This document shows positions 39,775-49,294 of a stretch of 64,000 bases of DNA, one piece after another. The stretch is from an uncultured Acidobacteriota bacterium (GTDB lineage: Bacteria; Acidobacteriota; Thermoanaerobaculia; Gp7-AA8), in assembly GCA_963741955.1 (NCBI GenBank), contig CAVUKB010000010.1, positions 448,001-512,000 of the forward strand. The letters are read 5' to 3'. The stretch's first letter is position 1, and every line of letters begins with the position of its first letter. The translations under genes and the position numbers were made by a program. The notes beneath the pieces were generated by a model. It saw only the letters and a list, made by a program, of their open reading frames with translations, made no database searches and was not told the origin of the DNA.

Positions 39775-42700
39775 TCTTCAGCCCCGCCTTCTCGAGCCGC
39801 GCGTTCAGCTGAGCGAGGTCGTTCGCCTTGTACTCGGACCACGCCTTCATCGCGGCGTCGCTGGCGGCCTTCGCTTTCGCCCATCCGGCACGCGCGTCGG
39901 GAGTGGGAGCACCGTCGGCCCCGTCGACGGCGCGGTCGAGAGTGCGGAGCTCGCCGGCCAGGAAACGGAGGCTCGTGGTATGGGCCGGAGGGACCCACCA
40001 CGCGTTCGCGGCGTTGCCGGTGACGACGTCGGAGATCGCGGTGGCGCGATCCATGGCGGCGTCGATCGCCGACGCGAGCTCGCCCTTCGCCGAATCCCGC
40101 AATTGCTGGAGCTGATCGAGAACGCTCGAGGCTTCGGTATTCGCGGCGGAGATGGCGCCGCTGGTCGCTTCGATGTTCCGCGCGAGATCGAATTGCTCGA
40201 GATACGCGCTCTGCGGAACGTTCACCCGCGGGTCGGGGGCGACCACGAGCGGTCGTGTCATCCGGTTCCCGTCTACGGTCAGCGCGACCGTGTAGTTCCC
40301 GGGCGGGGCCCAGACGCCGTCGCTCCACGGAGTGGAAGAATCCGCTGCGGGGTAGCGGAGTGGCCAGACGAAGCGATGCATTCCGGCCGCGGCAGAGAGC
40401 GTCGTCGGAGTGGTGAACCACTCCGGTGCCGTGCGGAGGCGTGCCGGATTCATTTTCGGCGGCTCGTCCGCGCTGCTGTATCGACGGACCAGCGTTCCGT
40501 TCGGATCGAGAATCTCCACCGTGACCGGGTGGCTCGCTGCATTCCGGAGAACGTAATCGATGTACGCGCCGGAAGGAGGATTGTCCGCCATCGGCTCGTC
40601 TTTCGGGAGGGGAGTGCCGGTGAAGCCGGCGGGCCGGAGGCGGATCGCCGTCGCCGGCGTGTAGAGCCAGGCATCCGCGCTCGCAACATCCGCGTCGATC
40701 TGACGGAGCGGCGCGACGTCGTCCATGATCCAGAACGCGCGGCCGTGCGTGGCGATCACCAGGTCGTCGCCGTGGACGTCGATGTCGCGCACCGACGTGA
40801 CGGGGAGATTTTCCTGGAGCGACTGCCAGTGGTCGCCGTCGTCGAACGAGACGTACATCCCCTTCTCCGTTCCGGCGTAGAGAAGGCCCTTCCGGACCGG
40901 ATCCTCGCGGACCACGTTCACGAAGCTGCCGTCGGGGATACCCGACGCGACCGCCTGCCACGTCTTTCCGCCGTCGTGGGTGCGGTAGACGTAGGGACGG
41001 AAATCGTCGAGGCGGTGACGGTCGATCGCGGCGTAGGCCGTGTCGGGATCGAAGTGCGAGGTCTCGATGATCCCGACCTTGGACCATGCGGTGAGCCCCG
41101 CCGGGGTGAGGTTCGTCCAGTGTGCCCCTTCGTCCTTCGTCCGCCAGATCTGTCCATCGTCGGTGCCGACCCAGACGTCATGGGCGACGAGACGGGAGGG
41201 GGCGATGGTGTAGATCACGCCGTGACGCGTCCCGGATCCGGGGGTCAGTGCTGCAGTGACTGGATCGAGGTTCGACGGCACGCCCGGATTCTCGCGGGTG
41301 AGGTCGGGACTGATCACGTCCCAGTGCTCTCCACCGTCTGCGGTCCGGTAGAGTTTCTGGTTCGCGAAATAGAGGACGCTCGGATCGCGGTGGGAGAAGA
41401 CCAGAGGAAGCGTCCAGGTGCGGCGGTCGTGACCCGGATAGGCGAGAGTCGGATCGATGTTCCGGGTCTGCTGGGTCCGGGTGTTCAGCTTCTCGACCCG
41501 GCCGCCATAGATGATGTCGTGGTCTTTCGGATCGGGGGCGATGTTGTCGCTCTCGCCGCCTGCGGTGACCTCGTGGAAATTCATCATGTTGATTCCGTCG
41601 CGGGTGTTGGTGCGGCTCGGAATCGCGGCGCTTCCGGAGTCCTGCTGGGATCCGTAGATCCAATAGGGGAACTGGTCGTCCGTGATGACGTGGTAGAACT
41701 GTCCGGTAGGCTGGTTGTACCAGGAGCTCCAGCTCTGACCCCCGTCGAGGGAGATGACGGTTCCCTGGTCCACGCCGAGGATCCGGCGCTCGGGATGGTC
41801 GGGATCGATCCAGAGCTGGTGGTAGTCGTCGCCTCCCGGGGCGCCCTTGACCGGCATCCACGTCTTCCCGGCATCGTCCGAGCGGTAGAGATTGATGTTC
41901 GCCGAGTAGACCACGTCTGCGTTCTGCGGCTCGACGGTGACTCCGCCGAAGTACCAGCCGCGTCCCCAAATCCGGTCGTCGCCACTGGTGTGGATCCACG
42001 TCGATCCACCGTCGTCGGAGCGGTACATCCCGCCGCCATCCTCGGTGTCGACGATCGCGTAGACGCGCTGCGGGTTGGTCGGAGCGAGGGCGATGCCGAC
42101 GCGGCCGGGATGCGCGGGAAAGCCGTTTCCGCGGAGAGCGACCCAGTGGTCCCCGCCGTCGGTCGATTTGTAGAGTCCACTGCCGGGACCGTTCGATGGA
42201 GGATAGACGCTCCACGGCGTGCGGCGGGTCTGCCAGAGCGCCGCGTAGAGGACGTCCGGGTTGCCCGGCTCGAAGGCGATGTCGACGGCCCCTGTGTTCT
42301 CATCCGGCCCGAGAACTTTCGTCCAGCTCTTGCCTCCGTCTTTCGAACGGAACACGCCGCGTTCGGGGTTCGGTCCGTACGGATGTCCGAGCGCCGCGAC
42401 GTAAACCAGATCCGGATTGCGCGGATGGACGATCACGCGCGCGATCTGCTGTGAGTCGTCGAGCCCGATGTGGCTCCACGTCTCGCCCCCATCGGTCGAC
42501 TTGTACATTCCGTCGCCCTGGGCGATGTCGGAGCGCATGTCCGCCTCGCCCGTGCCGACGTAGAGAATCTCGGAATTCGAAGGAGCGACCGCGATGGCAC
42601 CGATCGAGCCGACCGGCTGCGAATCGAAAATCGGATTCCACGTACGCCCGGCGTCCGTGGTCTCCCAGACGCCGCCGTCGACGCTGCCGAAGTAGAAGTG

Positions 42701-42859
42701 TGCCGGCTGACCGGGAACTCCGGTCACCGCGAGGACGCGTCCGGCGCGGAACGGACCGGCGAGCCGCCAATGGAGGTCCTGGAAGAGCGTGGGATCGACC
42801 GCCGCGGTGGCATTGACGCAGGCGAGGAACAGAAGAAATCCGAACAGACGACGGATCAT
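39758..42859 (-). CDS. Large secreted BNR/Asp-box (VPS10/sortilin-like) glycosyl-hydrolase-type protein
   Basis: Many S/T-x-D-G-G-x-T/S-W repeats, ATHGRAFWI, signal peptide. Confidence 0.9.
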   Translation of the reverse strand: MIRRLFGFLLFLACVNATAAVDPTLFQDLHWRLAGPFRAGRVLAVTGVPGQPAHFYFGSVDGGVWETTDAGRTWNPIFDSQPVGSIGAIAVAPSNSEILYVGTGEADMRSDIAQGDGMYKSTDGGETWSHIGLDDSQQIARVIVHPRNPDLVYVAALGHPYGPNPERGVFRSKDGGKSWTKVLGPDENTGAVDIAFEPGNPDVLYAALWQTRRTPWSVYPPSNGPGSGLYKSTDGGDHWVALRGNGFPAHPGRVGIALAPTNPQRVYAIVDTEDGGGMYRSDDGGSTWIHTSGDDRIWGRGWYFGGVTVEPQNADVVYSANINLYRSDDAGKTWMPVKGAPGGDDYHQLWIDPDHPERRILGVDQGTVISLDGGQSWSSWYNQPTGQFYHVITDDQFPYWIYGSQQDSGSAAIPSRTNTRDGINMMNFHEVTAGGESDNIAPDPKDHDIIYGGRVEKLNTRTQQTRNIDPTLAYPGHDRRTWTLPLVFSHRDPSVLYFANQKLYRTADGGEHWDVISPDLTRENPGVPSNLDPVTAALTPGSGTRHGVIYTIAPSRLVAHDVWVGTDDGQIWRTKDEGAHWTNLTPAGLTAWSKVGIIETSHFDPDTAYAAIDRHRLDDFRPYVYRTHDGGKTWQAVASGIPDGSFVNVVREDPVRKGLLYAGTEKGMYVSFDDGDHWQSLQENLPVTSVRDIDVHGDDLVIATHGRAFWIMDDVAPLRQIDADVASADAWLYTPATAIRLRPAGFTGTPLPKDEPMADNPPSGAYIDYVLRNAASHPVTVEILDPNGTLVRRYSSADEPPKMNPARLRTAPEWFTTPTTLSAAAGMHRFVWPLRYPAADSSTPWSDGVWAPPGNYTVALTVDGNRMTRPLVVAPDPRVNVPQSAYLEQFDLARNIEATSGAISAANTEASSVLDQLQQLRDSAKGELASAIDAAMDRATAISDVVTGNAANAWWVPPAHTTSLRFLAGELRTLDRAVDGADGAPTPDARAGWAKAKAASDAAMKAWSEYKANDLAQLNARLEKAGLKKIDVK

Positions 42860-42985
42860 CAAAACCTCCGGAGGAGAAGTGCGCACTCGAACCGCTCGCG
42901 CGAGCGGCCGCGAGCATGATAGCGCAGGGAGGGAGAGAGGACTGCGGTATTCATTCGCGCAATTCGCGCAATTCCTCGATTCTCC

Positions 42986-43714
42986 TCAGCTCTCGCGCCG
43001 GTCCTTCACGCCGGATCTTCGTTCACCGACACCGGGGACGTCTGTGCCGGGGCGATCCCGCTCGGGGCGCCCGCTGCGGCGCGGAAGAATCATGTGTAGG
43101 GCCGCATACCCGAGTGTGAGCCCGACTCCGTAGATGAGAGTGACGCCGAGAACTCTCGGATGCTCGAGTGGATGAGTCCAGGGCGTGATTGCGTCCTCGA
43201 GGAGCGCACGAGCATGCGCCAGGGTGTCCCAGCTGTTCCATCGGAGAAACCGGCCCAGATAGATGCCGAAGCCGGAGAGAAGAAACGCGAGGACGACCAC
43301 CGCCCAGCCGGTGGCGGGGTTACTCTCGTCGGTGACGACCCTCTGGACGGCCGCGGTGGAAGCGAACGCGAACAGCATTCCGGTGCCGGCAGCCGAGCCG
43401 AGAAGGGCGATGTCGTACCAGAGAGGCATGGGTGGGCTCGGCGCCAGGTGGATGAAATCGGTGAGGATGTAAGGAGCATTGGGAAGAAACAGCAGCCAGA
43501 TCGCGAACCACGCCACCTGCACCACGGGCGGCGTACGACGGCGCCATGCAGCGAGGAGGAGTGAGCTCGCGATCAGCGGTACGGCGGCGAGAAAGAGATT
43601 CCACGCGAGAAACCCGTACTGGAGCGTATGTGTTCTCCAGATCCGGAAGATCAGTAGAACCCCGCACCAGAGAAGCAGAATCGAATACGCGAGCGCACGC
43701 CTGAGGCCGGACAT
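42986..43714 (-). CDS. DUF1361 membrane protein
   Basis: WNLFLA, WLLFLPNAPYILTDFIHL, GIYLGRFLRWNSWD. Confidence 0.92.
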   Translation of the reverse strand: MSGLRRALAYSILLLWCGVLLIFRIWRTHTLQYGFLAWNLFLAAVPLIASSLLLAAWRRRTPPVVQVAWFAIWLLFLPNAPYILTDFIHLAPSPPMPLWYDIALLGSAAGTGMLFAFASTAAVQRVVTDESNPATGWAVVVLAFLLSGFGIYLGRFLRWNSWDTLAHARALLEDAITPWTHPLEHPRVLGVTLIYGVGLTLGYAALHMILPRRSGRPERDRPGTDVPGVGERRSGVKDRRES

Positions 43715-43851
43715 CGGGAGAATCTGATTGCACGAGGCGGACCGGGCTCTTGATTGCCGGGATGAAATGGCGGCTGCCGTTCGCTCGAGGAGTCCCGCTC
43801 TGCGGGAATGGTACGTGCTTCGAACGACCCTCGGGGCGAGGAGGCAATGGG

Positions 43852-44736
43852 ATGAGGTTGCGCGAGAAGAGATGGATTTCCGGTGTCCTGTTTCTTCTTC
43901 TTGCCGGATGTGGCAGCTCCGTCACGTCGACGCCGGCGAAGGAGGCGGTTTCCGCCTTCGGGAGCGCCGGATTCAAGCACGTCTTCGTGATCGTGCTGGA
44001 GAACGCGAATGCGGACGAGGCGCTCCGGCAGCCGTTCCTCGCGAAGCTGGCGCACGAAGGAGCGTACCTCGCCCGCTACTACGCCGTCGCGCATCCATCG
44101 CAGCCGAATTACATCGCTCTGGTTTCGGGGAGTACCGACGGCGTACCCGGCGACGGTCCGGTGACTCTGGACCGGCAACACCTCGGCGACCTTCTCGACC
44201 GGAGACATCTGACCTGGAAGTCGTATGCGGAGGGATATCCCGGGCATTGCAGTCTCGCGGCGCGCTCCGGTGATTACGCGCGGAAGCACGAACCGTTCAT
44301 CAGCTTCGACGACGTCCAGTCGAGTCCCGTCGAGTGCGCGCATATCGTCGCTGCGTCGACCCTGCAGAGTGACATCGAAACGGGGAATCTCGCCGCCTTC
44401 TCTCTGTACGTCCCGAACATGAAGCACGACGGTCACGACACGAGCGTCGTCGCGGCCGACCGGTGGCTGGCCTCGGCGTTCGGTCCGCGCCTCTCCGACC
44501 CGCGGTTCACGAAAGATCTTCTCTTCGTCGTCACATTCGACGAGGCCGAGCGCGGAGGGAGCAACCGCGTCTACACGGTTCTCTGGGGAGACAGCGTGAA
44601 GCCGGGGACGGTGTCGAATGCGGTGTACGACCACTACGATCTTCTCCGGACCATCGAAGTCGCGTTCGGTCTCGGCACACTCGGAACGCACGACGAAGAT
44701 CCGACCACGCGTCCGATCGGCGGCATCTGGAAGTGA
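43852..44736 (+). CDS. Phosphoesterase / acid phosphatase family lipoprotein
   Basis: LAGC lipobox, HVFVIVLEN, HPSQPNY, RKHEPF, DGHD, TFDE. Confidence 0.88.
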   Translation: MRLREKRWISGVLFLLLAGCGSSVTSTPAKEAVSAFGSAGFKHVFVIVLENANADEALRQPFLAKLAHEGAYLARYYAVAHPSQPNYIALVSGSTDGVPGDGPVTLDRQHLGDLLDRRHLTWKSYAEGYPGHCSLAARSGDYARKHEPFISFDDVQSSPVECAHIVAASTLQSDIETGNLAAFSLYVPNMKHDGHDTSVVAADRWLASAFGPRLSDPRFTKDLLFVVTFDEAERGGSNRVYTVLWGDSVKPGTVSNAVYDHYDLLRTIEVAFGLGTLGTHDEDPTTRPIGGIWK

Positions 44737-44761
44737 GGCGAGAGGCGGGAGGAGAACCCCG

Positions 44762-44903
44762 GTCGGACACGTCCGACAAGTCAGACGAGTCCGACAGGTC
44801 TGACAGTTCCAGCCGTCCCTCTCCTGGAATCGTCTCGCTCCTCTCGCCTCTCGCCTCTCGCCTCTCGTCTCTCGTCTCTCGTCTCTCACCTCTCGCCTCT
44901 CCT
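44762..44903. repeat. 9-mer repeat (GTCNGACNN x5) and heptamer repeat (CTCTCGY-like x9)
   Basis: Read directly at 44762-44806 and 44841-44903. Confidence 0.88.
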
Positions 44904-44928
44904 GTAGACTATCCGCCGGAGGTACGCC

Positions 44929-46878
44929 ATGACCCGCTCGATTTTTGCCGCCGTGATCCTCTGTGTCGCGCTGCCGATCTTTGCGCAGGTGCGGACGGAG
45001 AAGCCGCCGCTCCATGGAAAGAAATGGATGGCGATCACCGGAAAGCCACTCGCGGCGACTGCCGGCGCGATGGTTTTCCAGAAGGGAGGCAACGCCGTCG
45101 ATGCCGCGTGCGCGATGATCGCCGCGACCTCGACGATGTGGGACACCCTCAGCTGGGGAGGAGAGACCCAGGCGCTGATCTACAATCCGAAGACGAAGAA
45201 GGTGATCGGGATCGATGCGCTCGGCGTCGCTCCGACCGGCGCCACCCCGGAGTTCTTCCGGAGCAAGGGAATGAAAGTTCCTCCGGAGTGGGGGCCACTC
45301 GCCGCGGTCACCCCCGGCACGCCGGGTGGAATCATGGTCATGCTCGCCGAGTACGGACGACTCTCGCTCGCCGACGTTCTCCAGCCGGCCATCGACATGG
45401 CGGACGGGTATCCGATCGAAGCGCAGGCGGCGAACACCATCGAGCGGAACAAGGCCATGATCAAGCAGTGGCCCTATTCGAAAGCCGTCTTCCTCACGCA
45501 CCTCGACGAGAGCGTGAAGGGCGACGCGGCCGCGCCGACCGAGTCCGGAAGTGCGATGCCCGCTCACGATCGCGCGGTCGGAGCGGTCAGCGCCTCGCAT
45601 CGCGAAGCGCCCGAGCCGGGTGAGATCTTCCGTCAGCCGGACCTCGCGGCGACCCTGCGGAAGCTGGTCGAGACCGAACGTGAAGCGCTGAAGGCCGGGA
45701 AATCGCGGAAAGAAGCGATCTACGCTGCGTACGACCGATTCTACAAGGGAGACATCGCGAAGGAGATCGCCCGGAGCACCCAGGAGCAGGGAGGGCTGAT
45801 CACCACGCAGGACCTGGCAAACTGGCAGGTGAAGATCGAAGAGCCGGTGACGACGAACTACAAAGGGATCGACGTTTACAAGCTCACCGTCTGGACCCAG
45901 GGTCCGGCGATGCTTCAGGCGCTGAACATCCTCGAGAACTTCGACGTGAAGTCGATGGGCTACAACACGTCGCGCTACATCAACACCGTCTACCAGGCGA
46001 TGAGTCTCGCCTTCGCCGATCGCGACTTCTATTACGGTGATCCGTATTTCCCGCCGGAGGAACCGGTGCAGGGACTCCTCTCGAAGGAGTATGCGAAACA
46101 GCGGGCGAAGCTCGTCGATCCCGATCACGCGAACAACGACGTCGCTCCGGGCAACCCGTACGAGTTCCAGGCGGGAACGAACCCGTTCCTCCAGTATCTC
46201 CGCAGCTGGAAAACGAGCGCGGCCTTCGTCGCTCCGAACACGGAGTTCGGCGAAAAGCTCGCCGAGGACGTGAATCGGTTCGATGACGGCTTCTATGCCG
46301 GAACGACCTCGGTCGAAGCCGCGGATGCAGAAGGATGGGTCGTCTCGGTGACCCCGAGCGGTGGCTGGATCCCGGCGGTGATCGCGGGCCACACCGGGAT
46401 CGGTCTCAGCCAGCGGATGCAGTCGTTCGTCCTCACGCCCGAGGAGAACCCGTACAACGTCGTGGAGCCGGGCAAACGCCCGCGAGTCACACTGACACCC
46501 TCGATGGCGTTGAAGGAGGGACATCCCTTCCTCTCTTTCGCGGTGCAGGGTGGCGACACGCAGGACCAGAATCTGCTGCAGTTCTTTCTGAACGTCGTCG
46601 AGTTCGGAATGACGGTGCAGGAAGCGACCGAGGCGGCGAACTTCAACAGCTTCCAGATGCGGAGCTCGTTCGGCGAGCACGAGTCGCGTCCGGGAAGAAT
46701 CCTGCTCAACGATTCGACTCCGCCGTGGGTTCGCAGCGAACTGCGCAAGATGGGCTACCAGGAGATTTTCGAAGAGCGTACTTCGGGTCCGATCAACGCG
46801 ATTTACCTCGACCGGAAGCACGGCACGCTCTGGGGAGGGTCGAGCAATCACGGCGAAGACTACGGGATCGGGTGGTGA
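44929..46878 (+). CDS. ggt: Gamma-glutamyltransferase family protein, exported
   Basis: GGNAVDAA, FYKGDIA, AFADRDFYYGDP, GTTS cleavage site, PGKRP. Confidence 0.92.
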   Translation: MTRSIFAAVILCVALPIFAQVRTEKPPLHGKKWMAITGKPLAATAGAMVFQKGGNAVDAACAMIAATSTMWDTLSWGGETQALIYNPKTKKVIGIDALGVAPTGATPEFFRSKGMKVPPEWGPLAAVTPGTPGGIMVMLAEYGRLSLADVLQPAIDMADGYPIEAQAANTIERNKAMIKQWPYSKAVFLTHLDESVKGDAAAPTESGSAMPAHDRAVGAVSASHREAPEPGEIFRQPDLAATLRKLVETEREALKAGKSRKEAIYAAYDRFYKGDIAKEIARSTQEQGGLITTQDLANWQVKIEEPVTTNYKGIDVYKLTVWTQGPAMLQALNILENFDVKSMGYNTSRYINTVYQAMSLAFADRDFYYGDPYFPPEEPVQGLLSKEYAKQRAKLVDPDHANNDVAPGNPYEFQAGTNPFLQYLRSWKTSAAFVAPNTEFGEKLAEDVNRFDDGFYAGTTSVEAADAEGWVVSVTPSGGWIPAVIAGHTGIGLSQRMQSFVLTPEENPYNVVEPGKRPRVTLTPSMALKEGHPFLSFAVQGGDTQDQNLLQFFLNVVEFGMTVQEATEAANFNSFQMRSSFGEHESRPGRILLNDSTPPWVRSELRKMGYQEIFEERTSGPINAIYLDRKHGTLWGGSSNHGEDYGIGW

Positions 46879-46890
46879 CGGAGGGAAGAC

Positions 46891-47121
46891 GAATGCAGAC
46901 GGCAGACCGCAGAATCCAGGATTGAGAAAGGAGGACGAGGAGCGCCCGGGGCTCACTCTTGCGTCCCTCCCCGACCGGCACCGCGAGCGGTGCGGGGGTG
47001 CAGGAGGTCGCGTCGGACTCTCGAGTCCGGAATTGTGGAATAATCGAAGCACACAAAGTCGTGCGGGTTCTCCATCTGAATTCTTCTGAATTCCGAATTC
47101 TGAACTCTGCATTCTGCATTC
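46891..47121. repeat. Degenerate heptamer runs (GAATGCA-like) in opposite orientation at the two ends of the intergenic region
   Basis: GAATGCA GACGGCA GACCGCA GAATCCA at 46891; TCTGAAT...TCTGAAC TCTGCAT TCTGCAT at 47075-47121. Confidence 0.7.
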
Positions 47122-47145
47122 GTCTTTTCTTTCGAGGCCACGGCG

Positions 47146-49140
47146 ATGTCAGACTCGCAGTCGGATCCGGTCGGCGTCTCTCCACTTTCGGGTGCCTGCC
47201 CGAAATGCGGTTCGACGATCGCACCCGACGCGAACCTCTGTACCACCTGCGGATTCGATCTTCGCCGCACGGTGATGCAGCCGGGAACGGTGATCGACGA
47301 GAAGTACGAGATCATCAGCGTCCTCGGCGTGGGGGGGATGGGCGAAGTCTACAAGGCGCGCCACACGCATCTCCACAGCCTTCGCTGCATCAAGGTGATG
47401 AAGCGGGACCTCGTCGCGGATGAAGGCTTCCGCGCCCGGTTCCTGAGGGAGGCCCGGCTCGCGACCCGTCTCCATCATCCGAATCTCGCGATCGTCCACG
47501 ATTTCTCGACCCTCCCGGACGGCGGATACTACATGGTCTCGGAGCTGGTCGACGGGATCACGCTCCGCCGATGGACGCAGCTGAACGGGCGTTTCCCGGT
47601 CGCCCTCGCGTGCGACCTCATCCTGCAGGTTCTCGACGCGCTCGACTACTGCCATCGCCGCGGACTGCTGCACCGGGACATCTCTGCCGACAACATCATG
47701 GTCGAAGTGGACGAGGACGGACGGCAGGTCGCGCGCATCATCGATCTGGGGATCGCGAAGCTCGTGACGGCTCCGGCGTCGGAAACGACCCAGGTCGGAG
47801 TCTTCGTGGGGAATCCGAAGTACAGCTCACCCGAGCAGCTCGGGATGATTCCCGAGGGGGAGTCGATCGATCACCGTTCCGACCTCTACAGTCTCGGCGT
47901 GGTCTTCTACGAGATGATCGCAGGCGTCCAACCGTACGGGAACACCACGCCTCAGGGTTACATCGTTCAGCATCTGACGAAGCCGCCGGTGCCGATCTCG
48001 CGGGCGGCTGCCGATCTCGATCTTCCGATGGGACTCGAAGCCGTGATCCTGAAAGCTCTGGAGAAGGACAGGCGCGTCCGGTGGCAGAACGCCCGGGAGT
48101 TCGCCGAGGCATTGCGGCGGGTGATGGGTGCAGCCAGAACGCTCGTCCTGGAGAAGGCGCCGGAGATCACCGAAGAGGTGAACCTGCCGGTGGCGCCGGA
48201 GCTGCGGAAGACGGTCGAGACGCCTCTTCCTCCCGACCCGGAGGAGTCTGCGTGGATCCGGGCGCGTCGATCCCGTGAAGTGGGAGCGTATCGCGATTAT
48301 CTGCGACGGTTCCCCGACGGCCGCTGGGCGACCGACGCGCGGAAGACACTCGAAGAGATGCTCCTCGAGAGAATCGGGGAGCTCGAACAGGAGCGGCGGC
48401 TCGGTGAGCTCGAAGGAATCGCGGTGGAATGGGCGGGAGACGACACGATCGGCCGCGCCGCGCGAAGGGCGCGAACCCTTCTGTGGGAGACGATCGCCGG
48501 AGAAGAGCGTCACGAGCGAAGCGAATGGGAGCGTGCGTGGCGGGAAGGGACGGTCGTCGCGTTCGGCGGCTTCATCGAAGCGCATCCCGACTCGGGTCGA
48601 AAAGACGAAGCGGAACGGGCTCTCGCCGAGGCGGCGGACTTCGAGTCGGCACTCGAGAAGCCGACTGTGGAACGGTGGAAAGAGTTCCGCACGAAATGGC
48701 CCGAAGGTCGTCACCGCATCGAGGCGGAGATCGAATACGTCCGCTCGCGGGAGGCAGCGCATCCCAGGCGGAGTCCCGAGGAGAAGGAAAAGATCCGTGC
48801 GGAGGCCGAGATCGTTGCCCGGTCGATCGTCGAGGACTCTCTGAAAACAAAAGCTCCGAAGAAGTCACCGGCGGAACGGCGACGCCCGCTCGACGAAGCG
48901 ACGGAATGGCAGAAAGCGTGGGAGAGCGGGACGGCGGACGCGTGGAGTGCGTTTCTGGAGGCGTTTCCCGGATCAGCGAAGCGCGAAGGCGCTGCCGCGG
49001 CGCGGAACGAGGCCGAAGCGTTCCATCGAGCAGTGGATGCCCGCTCGGCTGCGATCTGGCGGGCCTTCCTCGCGACCTTTCCCGACGGCCGCCACCATCT
49101 CGAAGCGATGCTTCACCTCGAAAACCTCAAGGGCAACTGA
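47146..49140 (+). CDS. Cytoplasmic Ser/Thr protein kinase with N-terminal Zn ribbon and C-terminal helical repeats
   Basis: CPKC..CTTC, GVGGMGEVY, HRDISADN, DLG, YSSPE; no TM segment. Confidence 0.93.
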   Translation: MSDSQSDPVGVSPLSGACPKCGSTIAPDANLCTTCGFDLRRTVMQPGTVIDEKYEIISVLGVGGMGEVYKARHTHLHSLRCIKVMKRDLVADEGFRARFLREARLATRLHHPNLAIVHDFSTLPDGGYYMVSELVDGITLRRWTQLNGRFPVALACDLILQVLDALDYCHRRGLLHRDISADNIMVEVDEDGRQVARIIDLGIAKLVTAPASETTQVGVFVGNPKYSSPEQLGMIPEGESIDHRSDLYSLGVVFYEMIAGVQPYGNTTPQGYIVQHLTKPPVPISRAAADLDLPMGLEAVILKALEKDRRVRWQNAREFAEALRRVMGAARTLVLEKAPEITEEVNLPVAPELRKTVETPLPPDPEESAWIRARRSREVGAYRDYLRRFPDGRWATDARKTLEEMLLERIGELEQERRLGELEGIAVEWAGDDTIGRAARRARTLLWETIAGEERHERSEWERAWREGTVVAFGGFIEAHPDSGRKDEAERALAEAADFESALEKPTVERWKEFRTKWPEGRHRIEAEIEYVRSREAAHPRRSPEEKEKIRAEAEIVARSIVEDSLKTKAPKKSPAERRRPLDEATEWQKAWESGTADAWSAFLEAFPGSAKREGAAAARNEAEAFHRAVDARSAAIWRAFLATFPDGRHHLEAMLHLENLKGN

Positions 49141-49243
49141 CTCCGGCGCCGATCATCTGCAATGCCCGCACGCCATTGCATCCATCTGAATACCAATTAA
49201 CGCAATCGATACCGTATCTATATATCGCCACATCTTCCCCATC

Positions 49244-49288
49244 GATAACAGATAACAGATAACAGATAACAGATAACAGATATCAGAT
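49244..49288. repeat. GATAACA heptamer x5 plus one variant
   Basis: Read directly between two convergent genes. Confidence 0.92.
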
Positions 49289-49294
49289 GCTTTT

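Noticed and set aside
32056-47112. Very long antisense ORFs (32056-34503, 39668-42454, 43651-47112)
   Set aside because: Shadow frames of well-supported genes in high-GC DNA.
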